64,000 nt of DNA from positions 26,668 to 90,667 of the IMG/VR virus record IMGVR_UViG_3300032116_000088. One strand, 5' to 3'. Numbering within the stretch: the first letter of the stretch is position 1; the number at the start of each line of letters is the position of its first letter. Below, piece after piece: positions 20,095 to 29,830 of the stretch. The position numbers were made by a program, and so were the translations under genes. The DNA is from a virus. The notes beneath the pieces were generated by a model. The model did not search any database. It was not told where the DNA came from and saw nothing but the letters and a program-made list of their open reading frames with translations.

Positions 20095-22086
20095 ATGAAC
20101 ATAATTACAACACTAAAACAGTTAAATGAATTTGTAGATTACTACTCTAAAGTAGACGCATTTGCATTTGACGTTGAAACTATTGGCGATAACCGCCTGT
20201 ATCCAGTCATTAATGATGTGTGCTGGATATCTTTTGCTACCGAAGGTCGTGTAGATGTTATTCCCATGGGTCATCCTAATGGAGAACTAGAAGGATATGA
20301 CAAACCTCTTTTACTTCAAGGCCAACGTCGTTTGGCTGAAGGTAAGACTATTCTTGAATCTCATTACTCTAAAGATGAGCGTAAATGGACTGCTAAATTT
20401 GGAGAGGCACCAGAACAGCTGACTCCTCGTGAAGTATTTGATGCTATTCGTCCATTACTATTTGGGCCACAGTTGAAGGTTGCTCATAATGCAAAGTTTG
20501 ATTTAAAATCAGTGGCTAAGTATTACTCAGGGCAAGTTCCTGTTGGTCCTTATTTTGATACTATGATGGCTGCTTTTATAATAAACAATTTAAATAAGTT
20601 TGATTTAGGTTTGAAGTCCTGTGTTCAACGTGAACTGGGTGTAGATATGGAAAAGGGTATTGGTGAAAATGTTGCTTTATATTCTTTTAGTGATGTCGCT
20701 AACTATTCTGGTATTGATGCAGATTTAACCTGGAAGTTATATAAAATACTTTCTTCTAAAATTACAGGAAACCTTGAAAAAGTTTGGAAGCTAGAAATGG
20801 ATGTTCTTGGTGCTCTGTGTGACATGGAGCTCACTGGAGCTTACATAGACCAGGATGCGTTAAAAATTCTTGCTCAAGAAATTGAAAAAGGTAAATTAGA
20901 TGCAGAGGCACGTTGCTACAAAGAGGCAGGTAAAGCATTTTCTATTAACTCCGTGCCTGTAAAGCAAGAACTATTATTTGGTGGAGAGTCTCCTCGTATT
21001 AAGCCTAACCCAAAGTTTAAAACGTCCTTAACTCCTAAAGGTGCAGAAGCACAAAAGAGTGGTGAAGAACTTACTCCAGCACACTTTTCGGTATCTGCAG
21101 AAGCCCTAGAATATTACCGTGGTAAAGATGCTTTAGTAGATGCCTTACTTGAGTACCAAGATTTGAATAAACTTATGACCACATATGTAACTCCTTACAC
21201 TGGTGGTGAAGTAAAGAGGACTACCAATGGAAAAGTAAAAATTGAAGAACGTAAATCACTGTTAATTAATGGGCGTGTACATACCAATTTTAAAGCTCAT
21301 GGAGCAGAAACTGGAAGGTTCTCATCGAGTGAGCCTAATCTACAAAATATTCCATCATCTGGAGAGTACGGTAAATTAGTTCGTGATTTGTTTGTAGCTC
21401 CTCCTGGACATAAGCTAGTAGTAGCAGATTATTCACAAATTGAACCTCGCATTATTGCTTCATTTAGTCAAGACCCTGTTCTCGTACAAAATTACTTAGA
21501 TGGCGGAGATGTTTATACTGCCATTGGAGACACCATGGGTGTTGACCGTAAAGCAGGTAAGGTTTTGGTTCTAGCTATCTCTTATGGCGTAGGTCCGGAC
21601 AAAATTGCGTCATCTGTTGGGTGCTCTGTTAAAGAAGCCAAAGATTTATTAAATAGGTTTGAAGATGAATTCTCATCTATTTCTAAATATAAAAGCAAAG
21701 TTATTCGTATGGCAAAAGAAGCCGGAAAAATTCCATTTGTAGAAACTATCTTTGGTCGGCGCAGGTACATACCAGAACTACTTTCAAAAGATTTTAGTTT
21801 ATTGGGCCGTGCAGAACGCCAGGCCTTTAACACAGTTATACAGGGCTCAGCTGCAGACATAATGAAGCTTGCCTTGATTAGGGCTCATTCTTGTTTCAAA
21901 GATGACCCAGAAGTAAACGTAATATTAACTGTTCATGATGAATTGGTTACTATTACCCCTGAAGACAAAGCGGAACAAGTTGCAGAAGCAATCCGTCAAT
22001 CTATGGAAGGAATTCACTTATCGCAAATTAGAGTCCCACTTATTGCAGATGTGAAAATTGTTGACAAGTGGGGTGAGGCGAAGTAA
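20095..22086 (+). CDS. polA: Family A DNA polymerase with 3'-5' exonuclease
   Basis: FDVET, HNAKFD, TGRFSSSEPNLQNIP, ADYSQIE, IQGSAAD, VHDEL. Confidence 0.95.
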   Translation: MNIITTLKQLNEFVDYYSKVDAFAFDVETIGDNRLYPVINDVCWISFATEGRVDVIPMGHPNGELEGYDKPLLLQGQRRLAEGKTILESHYSKDERKWTAKFGEAPEQLTPREVFDAIRPLLFGPQLKVAHNAKFDLKSVAKYYSGQVPVGPYFDTMMAAFIINNLNKFDLGLKSCVQRELGVDMEKGIGENVALYSFSDVANYSGIDADLTWKLYKILSSKITGNLEKVWKLEMDVLGALCDMELTGAYIDQDALKILAQEIEKGKLDAEARCYKEAGKAFSINSVPVKQELLFGGESPRIKPNPKFKTSLTPKGAEAQKSGEELTPAHFSVSAEALEYYRGKDALVDALLEYQDLNKLMTTYVTPYTGGEVKRTTNGKVKIEERKSLLINGRVHTNFKAHGAETGRFSSSEPNLQNIPSSGEYGKLVRDLFVAPPGHKLVVADYSQIEPRIIASFSQDPVLVQNYLDGGDVYTAIGDTMGVDRKAGKVLVLAISYGVGPDKIASSVGCSVKEAKDLLNRFEDEFSSISKYKSKVIRMAKEAGKIPFVETIFGRRRYIPELLSKDFSLLGRAERQAFNTVIQGSAADIMKLALIRAHSCFKDDPEVNVILTVHDELVTITPEDKAEQVAEAIRQSMEGIHLSQIRVPLIADVKIVDKWGEAK

Positions 22087-22511
22087 TGTCAAAGAAGAAA
22101 AATAAAAAGAAAAAACTAGATAATGTCATAACATTAACTGAAGTTAGTGCTCGTTTACGCGGGTTTTTAATTGACTCTCAAGTAAAGGATGCACACGAAC
22201 TAGCTGTACTACTAGGGTGCTCACCACTGAGCCCGGAAGTAAGGGAAATGGAAGACGAAGAAAGCGATAAAAGGATTGAGCGTATTACTCATCTGATTCC
22301 TTTGCTTTATGCTCAGGCCCATGCTTTGGCAGAAAGTTCAATGGAACATCAAAAACTCAATAATTCAAAAGAGATTGAAGGTCTGTCAGAAGAAGACCAA
22401 AAAGATTATCGTAAAGCTTTAGAACAAATTGCAATGTCAGCTTTAGTTGGTTCTGTATCACAACTAGTTGATATGGGATTACTAAAGCTACCTAAGGAGA
22501 AAAAGAAATGA
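22086..22511 (+). CDS. Hypothetical protein
   Basis: Translationally coupled ORF. Confidence 0.55.
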   Translation: MSKKKNKKKKLDNVITLTEVSARLRGFLIDSQVKDAHELAVLLGCSPLSPEVREMEDEESDKRIERITHLIPLLYAQAHALAESSMEHQKLNNSKEIEGLSEEDQKDYRKALEQIAMSALVGSVSQLVDMGLLKLPKEKKK

Positions 22512-22882
22512 ACAACGCAGATTGGTGGGCTAAAAAACTAGGACAGCCAGCACAACAGGGGCGTCCTGACCCAACCCCTCCAATGCCACCGAGTCAACAA
22601 CCGATGGCACAGATGCCTTCCTTTCAGGCCGCAAATCCGGCAGAAAAAGCGCAATCGTCTAAGCAGACTGCTTCTTGTCCTGACTGCGGGTCGGGCAACT
22701 ACTTTTCTATTCAAAATGCGACACCACGTTGTTACGACTGCGGGTATCCCATTCAGCAATCTGGGTCGCGTTACGGTGGCCTCGCTGGTGCGCATGTTGA
22801 AGGCTCAACTAAACAAGCCACAGGAAACAACACAACAAACAACTGGAATCCACAAGGAATAATCGGGAGCATAAATGGATAA
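22508..22882 (+). CDS. Zinc-ribbon protein
   Basis: CPDC...CYDC. Confidence 0.6.
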   Translation: MNNADWWAKKLGQPAQQGRPDPTPPMPPSQQPMAQMPSFQAANPAEKAQSSKQTASCPDCGSGNYFSIQNATPRCYDCGYPIQQSGSRYGGLAGAHVEGSTKQATGNNTTNNWNPQGIIGSING

Positions 22883-23060
22883 CTCACAGATACAATTAAT
22901 AAAAGAAAAAACTTTCCTAGAAATTAGGGAGCATATAGCAAAAGTTCTAGTAGAACATAACGTATTAGATACCCACGAAGGTTCAGTAGGCTGGTGGGTA
23001 CATAACGGGACCCCTACCTGGATTTCTTTGTATGACGTGTTGGAGGAAATTCGTGATTAA
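22875..23060 (+). CDS. Hypothetical protein
   Basis: Fills gap with overlapping start/stop. Confidence 0.45.
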   Translation: MDNSQIQLIKEKTFLEIREHIAKVLVEHNVLDTHEGSVGWWVHNGTPTWISLYDVLEEIRD

Positions 23061-24099
23061 TTCAGAAGCATTAAAAATTATGGTTGCTCTAAATAAAAAG
23101 TTTGGAGAAGGCTCAGTTGTGTTAGGAGAGAATATTCGTGAAGACCTTATTGGCCGTGCTACTACTGGCTCAACTACTTTTGATTATGTGCTGGGTGGTG
23201 GTTTTCCTACTAACCAGTGGAACGAGCTTATTGGGGAGCCGTCGCATGGTAAGACAGCAATTGCTCTCAAAACCATCGCCGCCAACCAAATAGCAAACCC
23301 AGACTACACTACTGTATGGGTAGCAGCAGAACAGTGGGTTCCAGAATACGCTGAGATGTGTGGGGTAGATACTAGTCGTGTCATTGTTATTGAAACTAAT
23401 ATTATGGAGGAAGCCTATGATGCAGTCCTTGCATTTGCGGAATCTAAATCTGTAGACGCTATTGTTATCGACTCTTTACCAGCTCTAGTTCCAGGACCAG
23501 AAGATGAAAAATCTATGGATGAAATGACTGTTGGGCGTGGAGCATTGCTTACTAATAAGTTCTTTCGTAAAGCTGGTGCTGCTATGAAACGCAGCTTAAC
23601 AGAAGATGAACGCCCTATTTTAGGAATTATTATTAATCAATGGCGTATGAAAATTGGTGTAATGCACGGAGACCCCCGCACTACCCCAGGAGGAGTAGGA
23701 AAAGATTATGCTTATTTTACCCGTTCAGAAGTTAAGCGGGATGAGTGGATTGAAATTGGTTCGGGAAATAATAAAGTTCGTGTAGGACAACGTATTAAGA
23801 TTCGTGTTCTTAAAAACAAGACTGCACCTCCTCAGCAAATTGCTTATATTGATTATTACTTTCAAGACCACAGTATTTATCAAGCCGGTGACTATGACCG
23901 TGCAAAAGAAGTAGTTGCTCTTTCAATTATTAAAGAGATTGTAGACCGTCGTGGTGGCTGGATTTACTATGGTGAGCGTAAATGGCAAGGTCAAGAAGCT
24001 TTAGTAAACTCAGTTCGTGAAGAAATTGACTTGTTTGATGAACTCCGCGCAAAAGTACTTTCCACTCCAGATGGCCCTATGGCGGTGATTGAAGGGTGA
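23053..24099 (+). CDS. recA: RecA-like recombinase
   Basis: LGGGFP, GEPSHGKT, IVIDSL, INQWR.KIGVMHGDP.TTPGG, KNKTAPP; GTG start after GGAGG. Confidence 0.92.
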   Translation: MINSEALKIMVALNKKFGEGSVVLGENIREDLIGRATTGSTTFDYVLGGGFPTNQWNELIGEPSHGKTAIALKTIAANQIANPDYTTVWVAAEQWVPEYAEMCGVDTSRVIVIETNIMEEAYDAVLAFAESKSVDAIVIDSLPALVPGPEDEKSMDEMTVGRGALLTNKFFRKAGAAMKRSLTEDERPILGIIINQWRMKIGVMHGDPRTTPGGVGKDYAYFTRSEVKRDEWIEIGSGNNKVRVGQRIKIRVLKNKTAPPQQIAYIDYYFQDHSIYQAGDYDRAKEVVALSIIKEIVDRRGGWIYYGERKWQGQEALVNSVREEIDLFDELRAKVLSTPDGPMAVIEG

Positions 24100-24416
24100 A
24101 AAGCGAAGGCCAGAAGAACTCCCAGAAGCACGAGAAACGGCTTGCTAAGGCCATTGGAGGGTCTCGTACCGCTGCTTCTGGGGCCTTCTGGTCCCGTAAA
24201 GGAGACGTAAGAAACGATGACCTTTTAATTGAGCATAAATGGACCGGAAAAAAATCTAAAACGATTACCTCAGCAGAGTTGACTAAAATAGTAAACGAGG
24301 CTATTATGGATGGTAGGCTTCCAGTATTTGGAATTCATTTAGATGGAAAAGACTATGTAATTCTTATGGAAACCGACTTTCTAGAAATATGGAACAAACT
24401 TAATGGAACTGAATAG
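24096..24416 (+). CDS. PD-(D/E)xK Holliday junction resolvase-like nuclease
   Basis: E..LAK..GG....SGA....KGDV....LIEHK. Confidence 0.7.
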   Translation: MKSEGQKNSQKHEKRLAKAIGGSRTAASGAFWSRKGDVRNDDLLIEHKWTGKKSKTITSAELTKIVNEAIMDGRLPVFGIHLDGKDYVILMETDFLEIWNKLNGTE

Positions 24417-24765
24417 TATTTACGAATTGGAATGGGTTGATGATGCAGCTTGCACTATGGCCCCAAATCCTGATATATTCTTTCCACCAAGAAATAAAGA
24501 CCTGTATAAACCAATAGCTGACGAGGCTAAAGAATATTGTTTTGGAATTGAAGGAGAAAGACCGCCATGCCCAGTAAGAAAAGAATGTCTTTGGTCTGCT
24601 GTACAATCAGAAGAACAACATGGTATATGGGGTGGGCTATCTCATAGAGAACGTAACGCTCTCGTTCGTAAATGGCAAAGACAGTACAAGGATAAAATGA
24701 CTTTGAAAGAATACATCTTTCAATTAAATAAGAAGGAAAAAGCAAATGCCGGTATCATCAAGTAA
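24403..24765 (+). CDS. whiB: WhiB family transcription factor
   Basis: AAC...FFP...C...CPVRKECL...GIWGG. Confidence 0.9.
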   Translation: MELNSIYELEWVDDAACTMAPNPDIFFPPRNKDLYKPIADEAKEYCFGIEGERPPCPVRKECLWSAVQSEEQHGIWGGLSHRERNALVRKWQRQYKDKMTLKEYIFQLNKKEKANAGIIK

Positions 24766-25600
24766 ATCAGACCTTAAAAGGTTTCTAGATGCAAAAACAA
24801 AACCATCACGTTTGATTGGGGACATCGAACGTCATCTCATGGCCCGTCCCGTTGGGGACCGCAGTACAACTGTATTGCACCCATCAGAAATAATTAAACG
24901 CGACTTCTGTCGCCGTTCAGCCTACTTTTTGTTAAGTGGACACACCAAGATTGCTGAAAAGCCTAATCTTCGCCTACAGTCCATTTTTGATGAGGGACAC
25001 GCTATTCACGCTAAATGGCAACGTTGGTTCCAAGAGATGGGTGTGCTATATGGTCGGTTTACCTGTACAGCATGTAAATTTTCATTGTTTGACCTGGGAC
25101 CAACTACTTGTCCAAATTGTGGGAATGACACTATGGAATACAATGAGGTTACTTTAGTAGATAATGACCTACGTATTGCTGGTCATACAGACGGCTGGAT
25201 TAAGGGAATTGGTGACGATACTCTTATTGAAATTAAGTCTATTGGTCCAGGCACCATTCGTTCAGAAGCGCCTAATTTGTTTATGGATAATGAGGGTGAC
25301 TTTATGAAGGCTTGGAAGAATGTTCGTCGCCCATTTCCGTCACACATCATGCAGGGGCAGGTTTATCTTGAACTTATGCAACGTATGGGTCACGATGTAA
25401 ATGAGATTGTATTTATATATGAACTTAAAGCGGACCAAGACTACAAAGAGTTTTCTATCAAACGTGACTTTGAACTTGTTCGCCATATCTTCGATAACGC
25501 TAAGCTTATTGTAGATGCAGTAGAGGCTGGTCTAGTTCCAGATTGCAATAACAATCCTGGAGGAACCTGTAAGCAGTGCGCACCTTATAAGGAGGACTAA
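24746..25600 (+). CDS. Cas4/RecB-like exonuclease
   Basis: HPSE...C, G..IH, GHTDG, EIKS, Q..VY, C-terminal C..C.QC; internal zinc ribbon. Confidence 0.8.
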   Translation: MPVSSSKSDLKRFLDAKTKPSRLIGDIERHLMARPVGDRSTTVLHPSEIIKRDFCRRSAYFLLSGHTKIAEKPNLRLQSIFDEGHAIHAKWQRWFQEMGVLYGRFTCTACKFSLFDLGPTTCPNCGNDTMEYNEVTLVDNDLRIAGHTDGWIKGIGDDTLIEIKSIGPGTIRSEAPNLFMDNEGDFMKAWKNVRRPFPSHIMQGQVYLELMQRMGHDVNEIVFIYELKADQDYKEFSIKRDFELVRHIFDNAKLIVDAVEAGLVPDCNNNPGGTCKQCAPYKED

Positions 25601-26046
25601 TGTCAGCAATGGAGAAGTTTAAAGACTGGAATCTAACATTCCATAAACCATCGGATGAACAAGTCCATCTTCCATCGGATATAACCACTATTGATTCTGA
25701 GGAGCTAGGTGAGTTATTTACTCGCCTAACTTCTTGGACAGATTATATTAACTCTCAGTTAACCATGGCCCAACTTGAAGAGCGTGCAGCTCTTAAAAAG
25801 AAAGAGTTTTTAGAAAACACTATGCTAGTAAAACGCATGGGTGCCCAAGTTAAGGGAGAGCGGGTTACTGCTGTTAAAGCAGAAATTGCAGTAAATGAAG
25901 AAGTTGTAAAACTTGACAATGATTATGAAGAGAAGTACGCTTATCGTAAGCTAGTGGAAATGCTACTTACAAACCACGAGCGTGACCTGTCTTTGGTCAG
26001 CCGTGAAATCACACGTCGTTCAAATGAATATAGGAGGAACATATAA
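25600..26046 (+). CDS. Coiled-coil protein (possible recombination mediator)
   Basis: Helical, ends SREITRR; recombination cluster. Confidence 0.45.
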   Translation: MSAMEKFKDWNLTFHKPSDEQVHLPSDITTIDSEELGELFTRLTSWTDYINSQLTMAQLEERAALKKKEFLENTMLVKRMGAQVKGERVTAVKAEIAVNEEVVKLDNDYEEKYAYRKLVEMLLTNHERDLSLVSREITRRSNEYRRNI

Positions 26047-26519
26047 TGGGACGCATGAAAGATATATTTACAGAGATACAAGAGTTGGGTATTGACCCAA
26101 ATACAGATGAAGGTGCAGCCAAGTTTGCTGAGATAATAAATGAACGGTATCCTGGGCGTACAGTTAAGCCAACTTTTCCAGCAGAAATTAAGGACTTGCC
26201 AGACACAATTGTCCAAATGATTCGCAACAGCAATCCAAATAGTGCATTTGAAGAAGCTGTACAACAAAAGTTTCAACATGCAAAGCATGTGCTACTAACT
26301 AAGCACAAAGACTACGGACCAAAGAATATTGCATTTGCTCCAGGAGGAGCATTAAATGGTCTTCGTGTTCGTATGCATGACAAGCTATCTCGCATCAATC
26401 ATCTTATGGACACTGGAGCCAAACCACAAAACGAAAGTCTAAAAGACTCATTCTTAGACCTTGCTAACTATGCTATTATTGCAATGCTAGTAATTGATGA
26501 GGAGTGGCCAAATGAATAG
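26046..26519 (+). CDS. DUF1599 / nucleotide-modification-associated domain protein
   Basis: KHKDYG...RMHDKLSR...ESLKDSFLDLANYAII. Confidence 0.75.
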   Translation: MGRMKDIFTEIQELGIDPNTDEGAAKFAEIINERYPGRTVKPTFPAEIKDLPDTIVQMIRNSNPNSAFEEAVQQKFQHAKHVLLTKHKDYGPKNIAFAPGGALNGLRVRMHDKLSRINHLMDTGAKPQNESLKDSFLDLANYAIIAMLVIDEEWPNE

Positions 26520-26661
26520 TTGTGAAGGATACGTAGAACCAGGAGTGGTATTCTTTTGGGTTATGGGAACAATATTTTTAAGTGTTTTAATAACTGGACT
26601 AATATCTAAAGTACTACACCAATCAGATGAAATACATCAGTTAAGGAAGCCTAAAAAATGA
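26512..26661 (+). CDS. Small membrane protein (49 aa, not in ORF track)
   Basis: MNSCEGYVEPGVVFFWVMGTIFLSVLITGLI...; overlaps both neighbours. Confidence 0.5.
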   Translation: MNSCEGYVEPGVVFFWVMGTIFLSVLITGLISKVLHQSDEIHQLRKPKK

Positions 26662-27089
26662 AAGCTGAAGGATTTGAACCTAGGTTTGACCGCGACATGG
26701 AGCGCGGTGAAGTAGGAGAAAAGCTACTTGACTTACTGTTTGAAGACAGTCAAGACCCCAATGTTACTATTGAAGTTAAGACAGATTACCGCACTAATGA
26801 AACGGGAAATATATATGTTGAAACTCATAAGTATCGTAATGGACGTGAAGACGAAGCCGTTCCATCCGGTATACTTGGTACAGAGTCTAAATGGTGGGCT
26901 CAGGCGTCCCCTGACGGTACCGCTGTGCTTCTAATTAAGACAGAAGCATTACGGAACTATATTGATATCGTAGAGCCTCCAAAGAGCGCACAACCCATTT
27001 CTAACGCACATTCTGCGGCTAGTTTAGGGGTGCTTGTTTCCATGAAGGGTCTCATGAAATTTTTAAAGATGTGGAAGTCTACGGACTAG
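26658..27089 (+). CDS. PD-(D/E)xK nuclease-like protein
   Basis: GE...IEVKTD....TGNIYVE...SGI..T. Confidence 0.65.
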   Translation: MKAEGFEPRFDRDMERGEVGEKLLDLLFEDSQDPNVTIEVKTDYRTNETGNIYVETHKYRNGREDEAVPSGILGTESKWWAQASPDGTAVLLIKTEALRNYIDIVEPPKSAQPISNAHSAASLGVLVSMKGLMKFLKMWKSTD

Positions 27090-27096
27090 GTATAAA

Positions 27097-27666
27097 ATGA
27101 GTATTAAGGAATTCGACGGAGGCCTTCAAGGCAACCAAGAAATTACAATAGGTATAGACCAATCTTTAACAGGGTTTGCTCTTTCAGCAGTCTCTGTCGA
27201 GTTCCCTAATAAGCATAAAACTTGGGTATATAAATCCGAGTTTCGAGGTGTCCAACGCCTTGTAGATATTTACAATTGGCTTGATGCCAAATTTGTAGAA
27301 TTTATGTGGAATGGCTGGCATGTTAAAGATATCGCCATGGAAGGCACCGTTTTAGCCTCCCATTCTGCTCTAGCTTTGGGAGAACTATCTGCAGTTGTAA
27401 AGCTAGTTATATGGTTTAAACACCACGAACCCCCTCTTCAAATTCCTCCAATGACCCTAAAAAAGTATGCCACAGGCAAGGGAACTGCTAAAAAACAAGA
27501 GATGCTCTTACAAATATATAAACGTTGGGGAGTAGAATTTAATGATGATAACGCAGCAGATGCGTATGCTCTAGCTAGACTGGCTTCAGGGTCAGCAATT
27601 GACGCCATAGAGCGTGAAACCCAAGAAAAAATAAAAGACCCTAAATATAGAGATTTTATACAATAA
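27097..27666 (+). CDS. RuvC-like resolvase
   Basis: IGIDQSLTG, AMEG, P.TLKKYATGKG.A.K, DDNAADA. Confidence 0.8.
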   Translation: MSIKEFDGGLQGNQEITIGIDQSLTGFALSAVSVEFPNKHKTWVYKSEFRGVQRLVDIYNWLDAKFVEFMWNGWHVKDIAMEGTVLASHSALALGELSAVVKLVIWFKHHEPPLQIPPMTLKKYATGKGTAKKQEMLLQIYKRWGVEFNDDNAADAYALARLASGSAIDAIERETQEKIKDPKYRDFIQ

Positions 27667-27722
27667 TTCCCGTATTCTTAATAGTGAGGATGGCATATAA
27701 CCCGTACACCCAAGGAATACAA

Positions 27723-28016
27723 ATGAGTGAAGAAATTGTCATCCCATCCACCGAAGAACCCTTTCTTCGAGTTTCGGCTGGGTCAAACCCACAATCCGTT
27801 GCATCGGCAATTGCACATGCTATCTACGAAAATAAAGCTGTAAAGCTTAGAGCCGTAGGCGCAGGTGCTGTTAATCAGGCTGTTAAATCAATCGCTATCG
27901 CCCGTGGTTATGTTGCACCACGAGGTTTAGACCTGACATGCAAGCCTGGATTTACTACTATTGAATCAAGAGATGGCGAAATCTCTGCAATAGTTTTCGC
28001 AATATCAGCAAGTTAA
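27723..28016 (+). CDS. spoVS: SpoVS family protein
   Basis: LRVSAGSNPQSVASAIA...AVGAGAVNQAVKSIAIARGYVAPRG.DL.CKPGF. Confidence 0.9.
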   Translation: MSEEIVIPSTEEPFLRVSAGSNPQSVASAIAHAIYENKAVKLRAVGAGAVNQAVKSIAIARGYVAPRGLDLTCKPGFTTIESRDGEISAIVFAISAS

Positions 28017-28029
28017 TTAAGGAGTTCCA

Positions 28030-28464
28030 ATGGCAAGTTGGAAAGATATGGGACATGGTATGAGACGTCGTACCGGAGCCCCCTCAAGTCATTTAGAATC
28101 GACAGGAAAGAACATGGCACGTAATCACATGACAGCAGATGAACACATGGGAGCTGCAGCTACTGCAGGTAGTCACAGAGTACCTATGGGAATGGATGCC
28201 TACCAAGTAACCGCAACTCCAGCACTTAAAGGCACTTTAATGCCTAAAAAGAATGTTCAAGCTGGTGACCCAACTGGTATGGGTACTAAGCAGAATCGTC
28301 AGAACATTGAAAAGATTGGTGCGAGCTACCGCGTTGCTCCAAAGGCTACCTTTGTTCAACTAGACCCTTCTGCAGGACCAACCATGGCAAGTGCTAGAGT
28401 AGTTCCATCTGTGGCTGGCGTTAATGGTTCATTCCAGGATGCAGAGAACACCGCCTTCCTATAG
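28030..28464 (+). CDS. Hypothetical protein
   Basis: AAGGAG SD; low-complexity ORF. Confidence 0.6.
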   Translation: MASWKDMGHGMRRRTGAPSSHLESTGKNMARNHMTADEHMGAAATAGSHRVPMGMDAYQVTATPALKGTLMPKKNVQAGDPTGMGTKQNRQNIEKIGASYRVAPKATFVQLDPSAGPTMASARVVPSVAGVNGSFQDAENTAFL

Positions 28465-28473
28465 GAGGTAAAA

Positions 28474-28671
28474 ATGGCAAACGGAATAATCCCAGAGTCC
28501 GATAAAGGACGACCTCAAGCTAACTCTCCAGTTAGTGTTGCGCCACATAACGCCCAGTTGAGTGGAAGAAATAGAATGACAAGTAAGAATTTTGTCATAA
28601 ATTCTCGTAATCAATTTAATATTCCTGAATCTTATATGGCAAGTAATGCAGGAAGTGTAAGGCAAGTTTAA
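28474..28671 (+). CDS. Hypothetical protein
   Basis: GGAGGT SD. Confidence 0.5.
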   Translation: MANGIIPESDKGRPQANSPVSVAPHNAQLSGRNRMTSKNFVINSRNQFNIPESYMASNAGSVRQV

Positions 28672-28947
28672 ATGCAAAGCATGTCAAACCCACATCCAGC
28701 GCACATGGCACTAAGTGCTAGAGTTTTTGCTAGCAGACAAAACCCTTCTGCACGAAGCTACGTTCAAGGCTCAGAAGATTTTAATCCTGTAGGACAAGCT
28801 GCACGTTCAACAGGTAAACTAACTATGGGTTCTAACGTATTCCAGTTTTATAATGCAGATATTGCTGAACAACGTGGTGGTAGACCAAACGCTCTTGGTA
28901 AAGAAACTCTTGGAACAGTCTATGGGGGAAGAGTCGGTGAATTTTAG
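28672..28947 (+). CDS. Hypothetical protein
   Basis: Contiguous ORF. Confidence 0.5.
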   Translation: MQSMSNPHPAHMALSARVFASRQNPSARSYVQGSEDFNPVGQAARSTGKLTMGSNVFQFYNADIAEQRGGRPNALGKETLGTVYGGRVGEF

Positions 28948-29480
28948 TGGCTGGTGCAGTAAATAACTTTAGCCCACAGCAAAACTGGCAATCAATCGGT
29001 GGCCAAGGATTTTCTGGGTACAACAACCAAAGCGGTTATGGTGGACCGGTTGCACGTGGACAGTTAGATGGTATTCGGATTGGAACTGGCCGTGTTCCAC
29101 ATGCAGAATACCCTGATGGTTATTTAGGAACCATTCGTTCAAGACGAGATGACCGTCTACTTGACTCTATTAAAAACAGGGTTAATCAAAAAGCATATCA
29201 GCGTGGTGTTCACAAGGGTGAACGTATTGAGCCTAGTGCTTACTACTGGAGCATAGATTTTAATGACCAGTCAAGTCTTAAAAGACAAATGAAGGCTAAG
29301 CTAGTTAATATGAATGGCGTAAACATTTATATGGTTCCTAAAGGTGCACCAGAAATGCAGCTTATTCCTGCCCCTCATCTAGTTAACGATGGAAAATCAA
29401 ACCTTCGTTCAGATGGCCCTGGAGAATTTGACGTTAATCGTGCAAATAGAATGAATTATCTAAAGCCGAGGTGGGCATAA
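28947..29480 (+). CDS. Hypothetical phage protein
   Basis: Coupled ORF. Confidence 0.55.
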   Translation: MAGAVNNFSPQQNWQSIGGQGFSGYNNQSGYGGPVARGQLDGIRIGTGRVPHAEYPDGYLGTIRSRRDDRLLDSIKNRVNQKAYQRGVHKGERIEPSAYYWSIDFNDQSSLKRQMKAKLVNMNGVNIYMVPKGAPEMQLIPAPHLVNDGKSNLRSDGPGEFDVNRANRMNYLKPRWA

Positions 29481-29830
29481 TGCCGTATACATTTGATGGA
29501 CGTTACGACTATACTAAGCCTTGGACTAAGGCCCCAATGCAACCAAAATGGTCGTATAATGGACCTTGGGCAAGTAATGAAGAAAGACTTACACAACAAG
29601 CTTTGATGGTAATGACAGTTCCAGGAGTACAAATTCAACAAATGGTAAAAGCCCCATTGCCTCAAATACAGTTATTTCCGGCTAGGTACGGCTATGGTGA
29701 CCGTCAACAGCCAGGAATTGATGATGTTGTTAGTATTAATAGAAATTATGTTGAACCTAGAATTTCTTGGTATTCCGGTGGAGTAGCGGGCTCTTTGGGT
29801 GCAAGCAGAAATAGTTTGGAGAGTAACTAA
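29480..29830 (+). CDS. Hypothetical protein
   Basis: TAATG coupling at both ends. Confidence 0.55.
   Translation: MPYTFDGRYDYTKPWTKAPMQPKWSYNGPWASNEERLTQQALMVMTVPGVQIQQMVKAPLPQIQLFPARYGYGDRQQPGIDDVVSINRNYVEPRISWYSGGVAGSLGASRNSLESN

Noticed and set aside
24746-25600. CRISPR-Cas system
   Set aside because: Solo Cas4-like nuclease in a recombination cluster; no repeat-spacer array or other cas genes seen.
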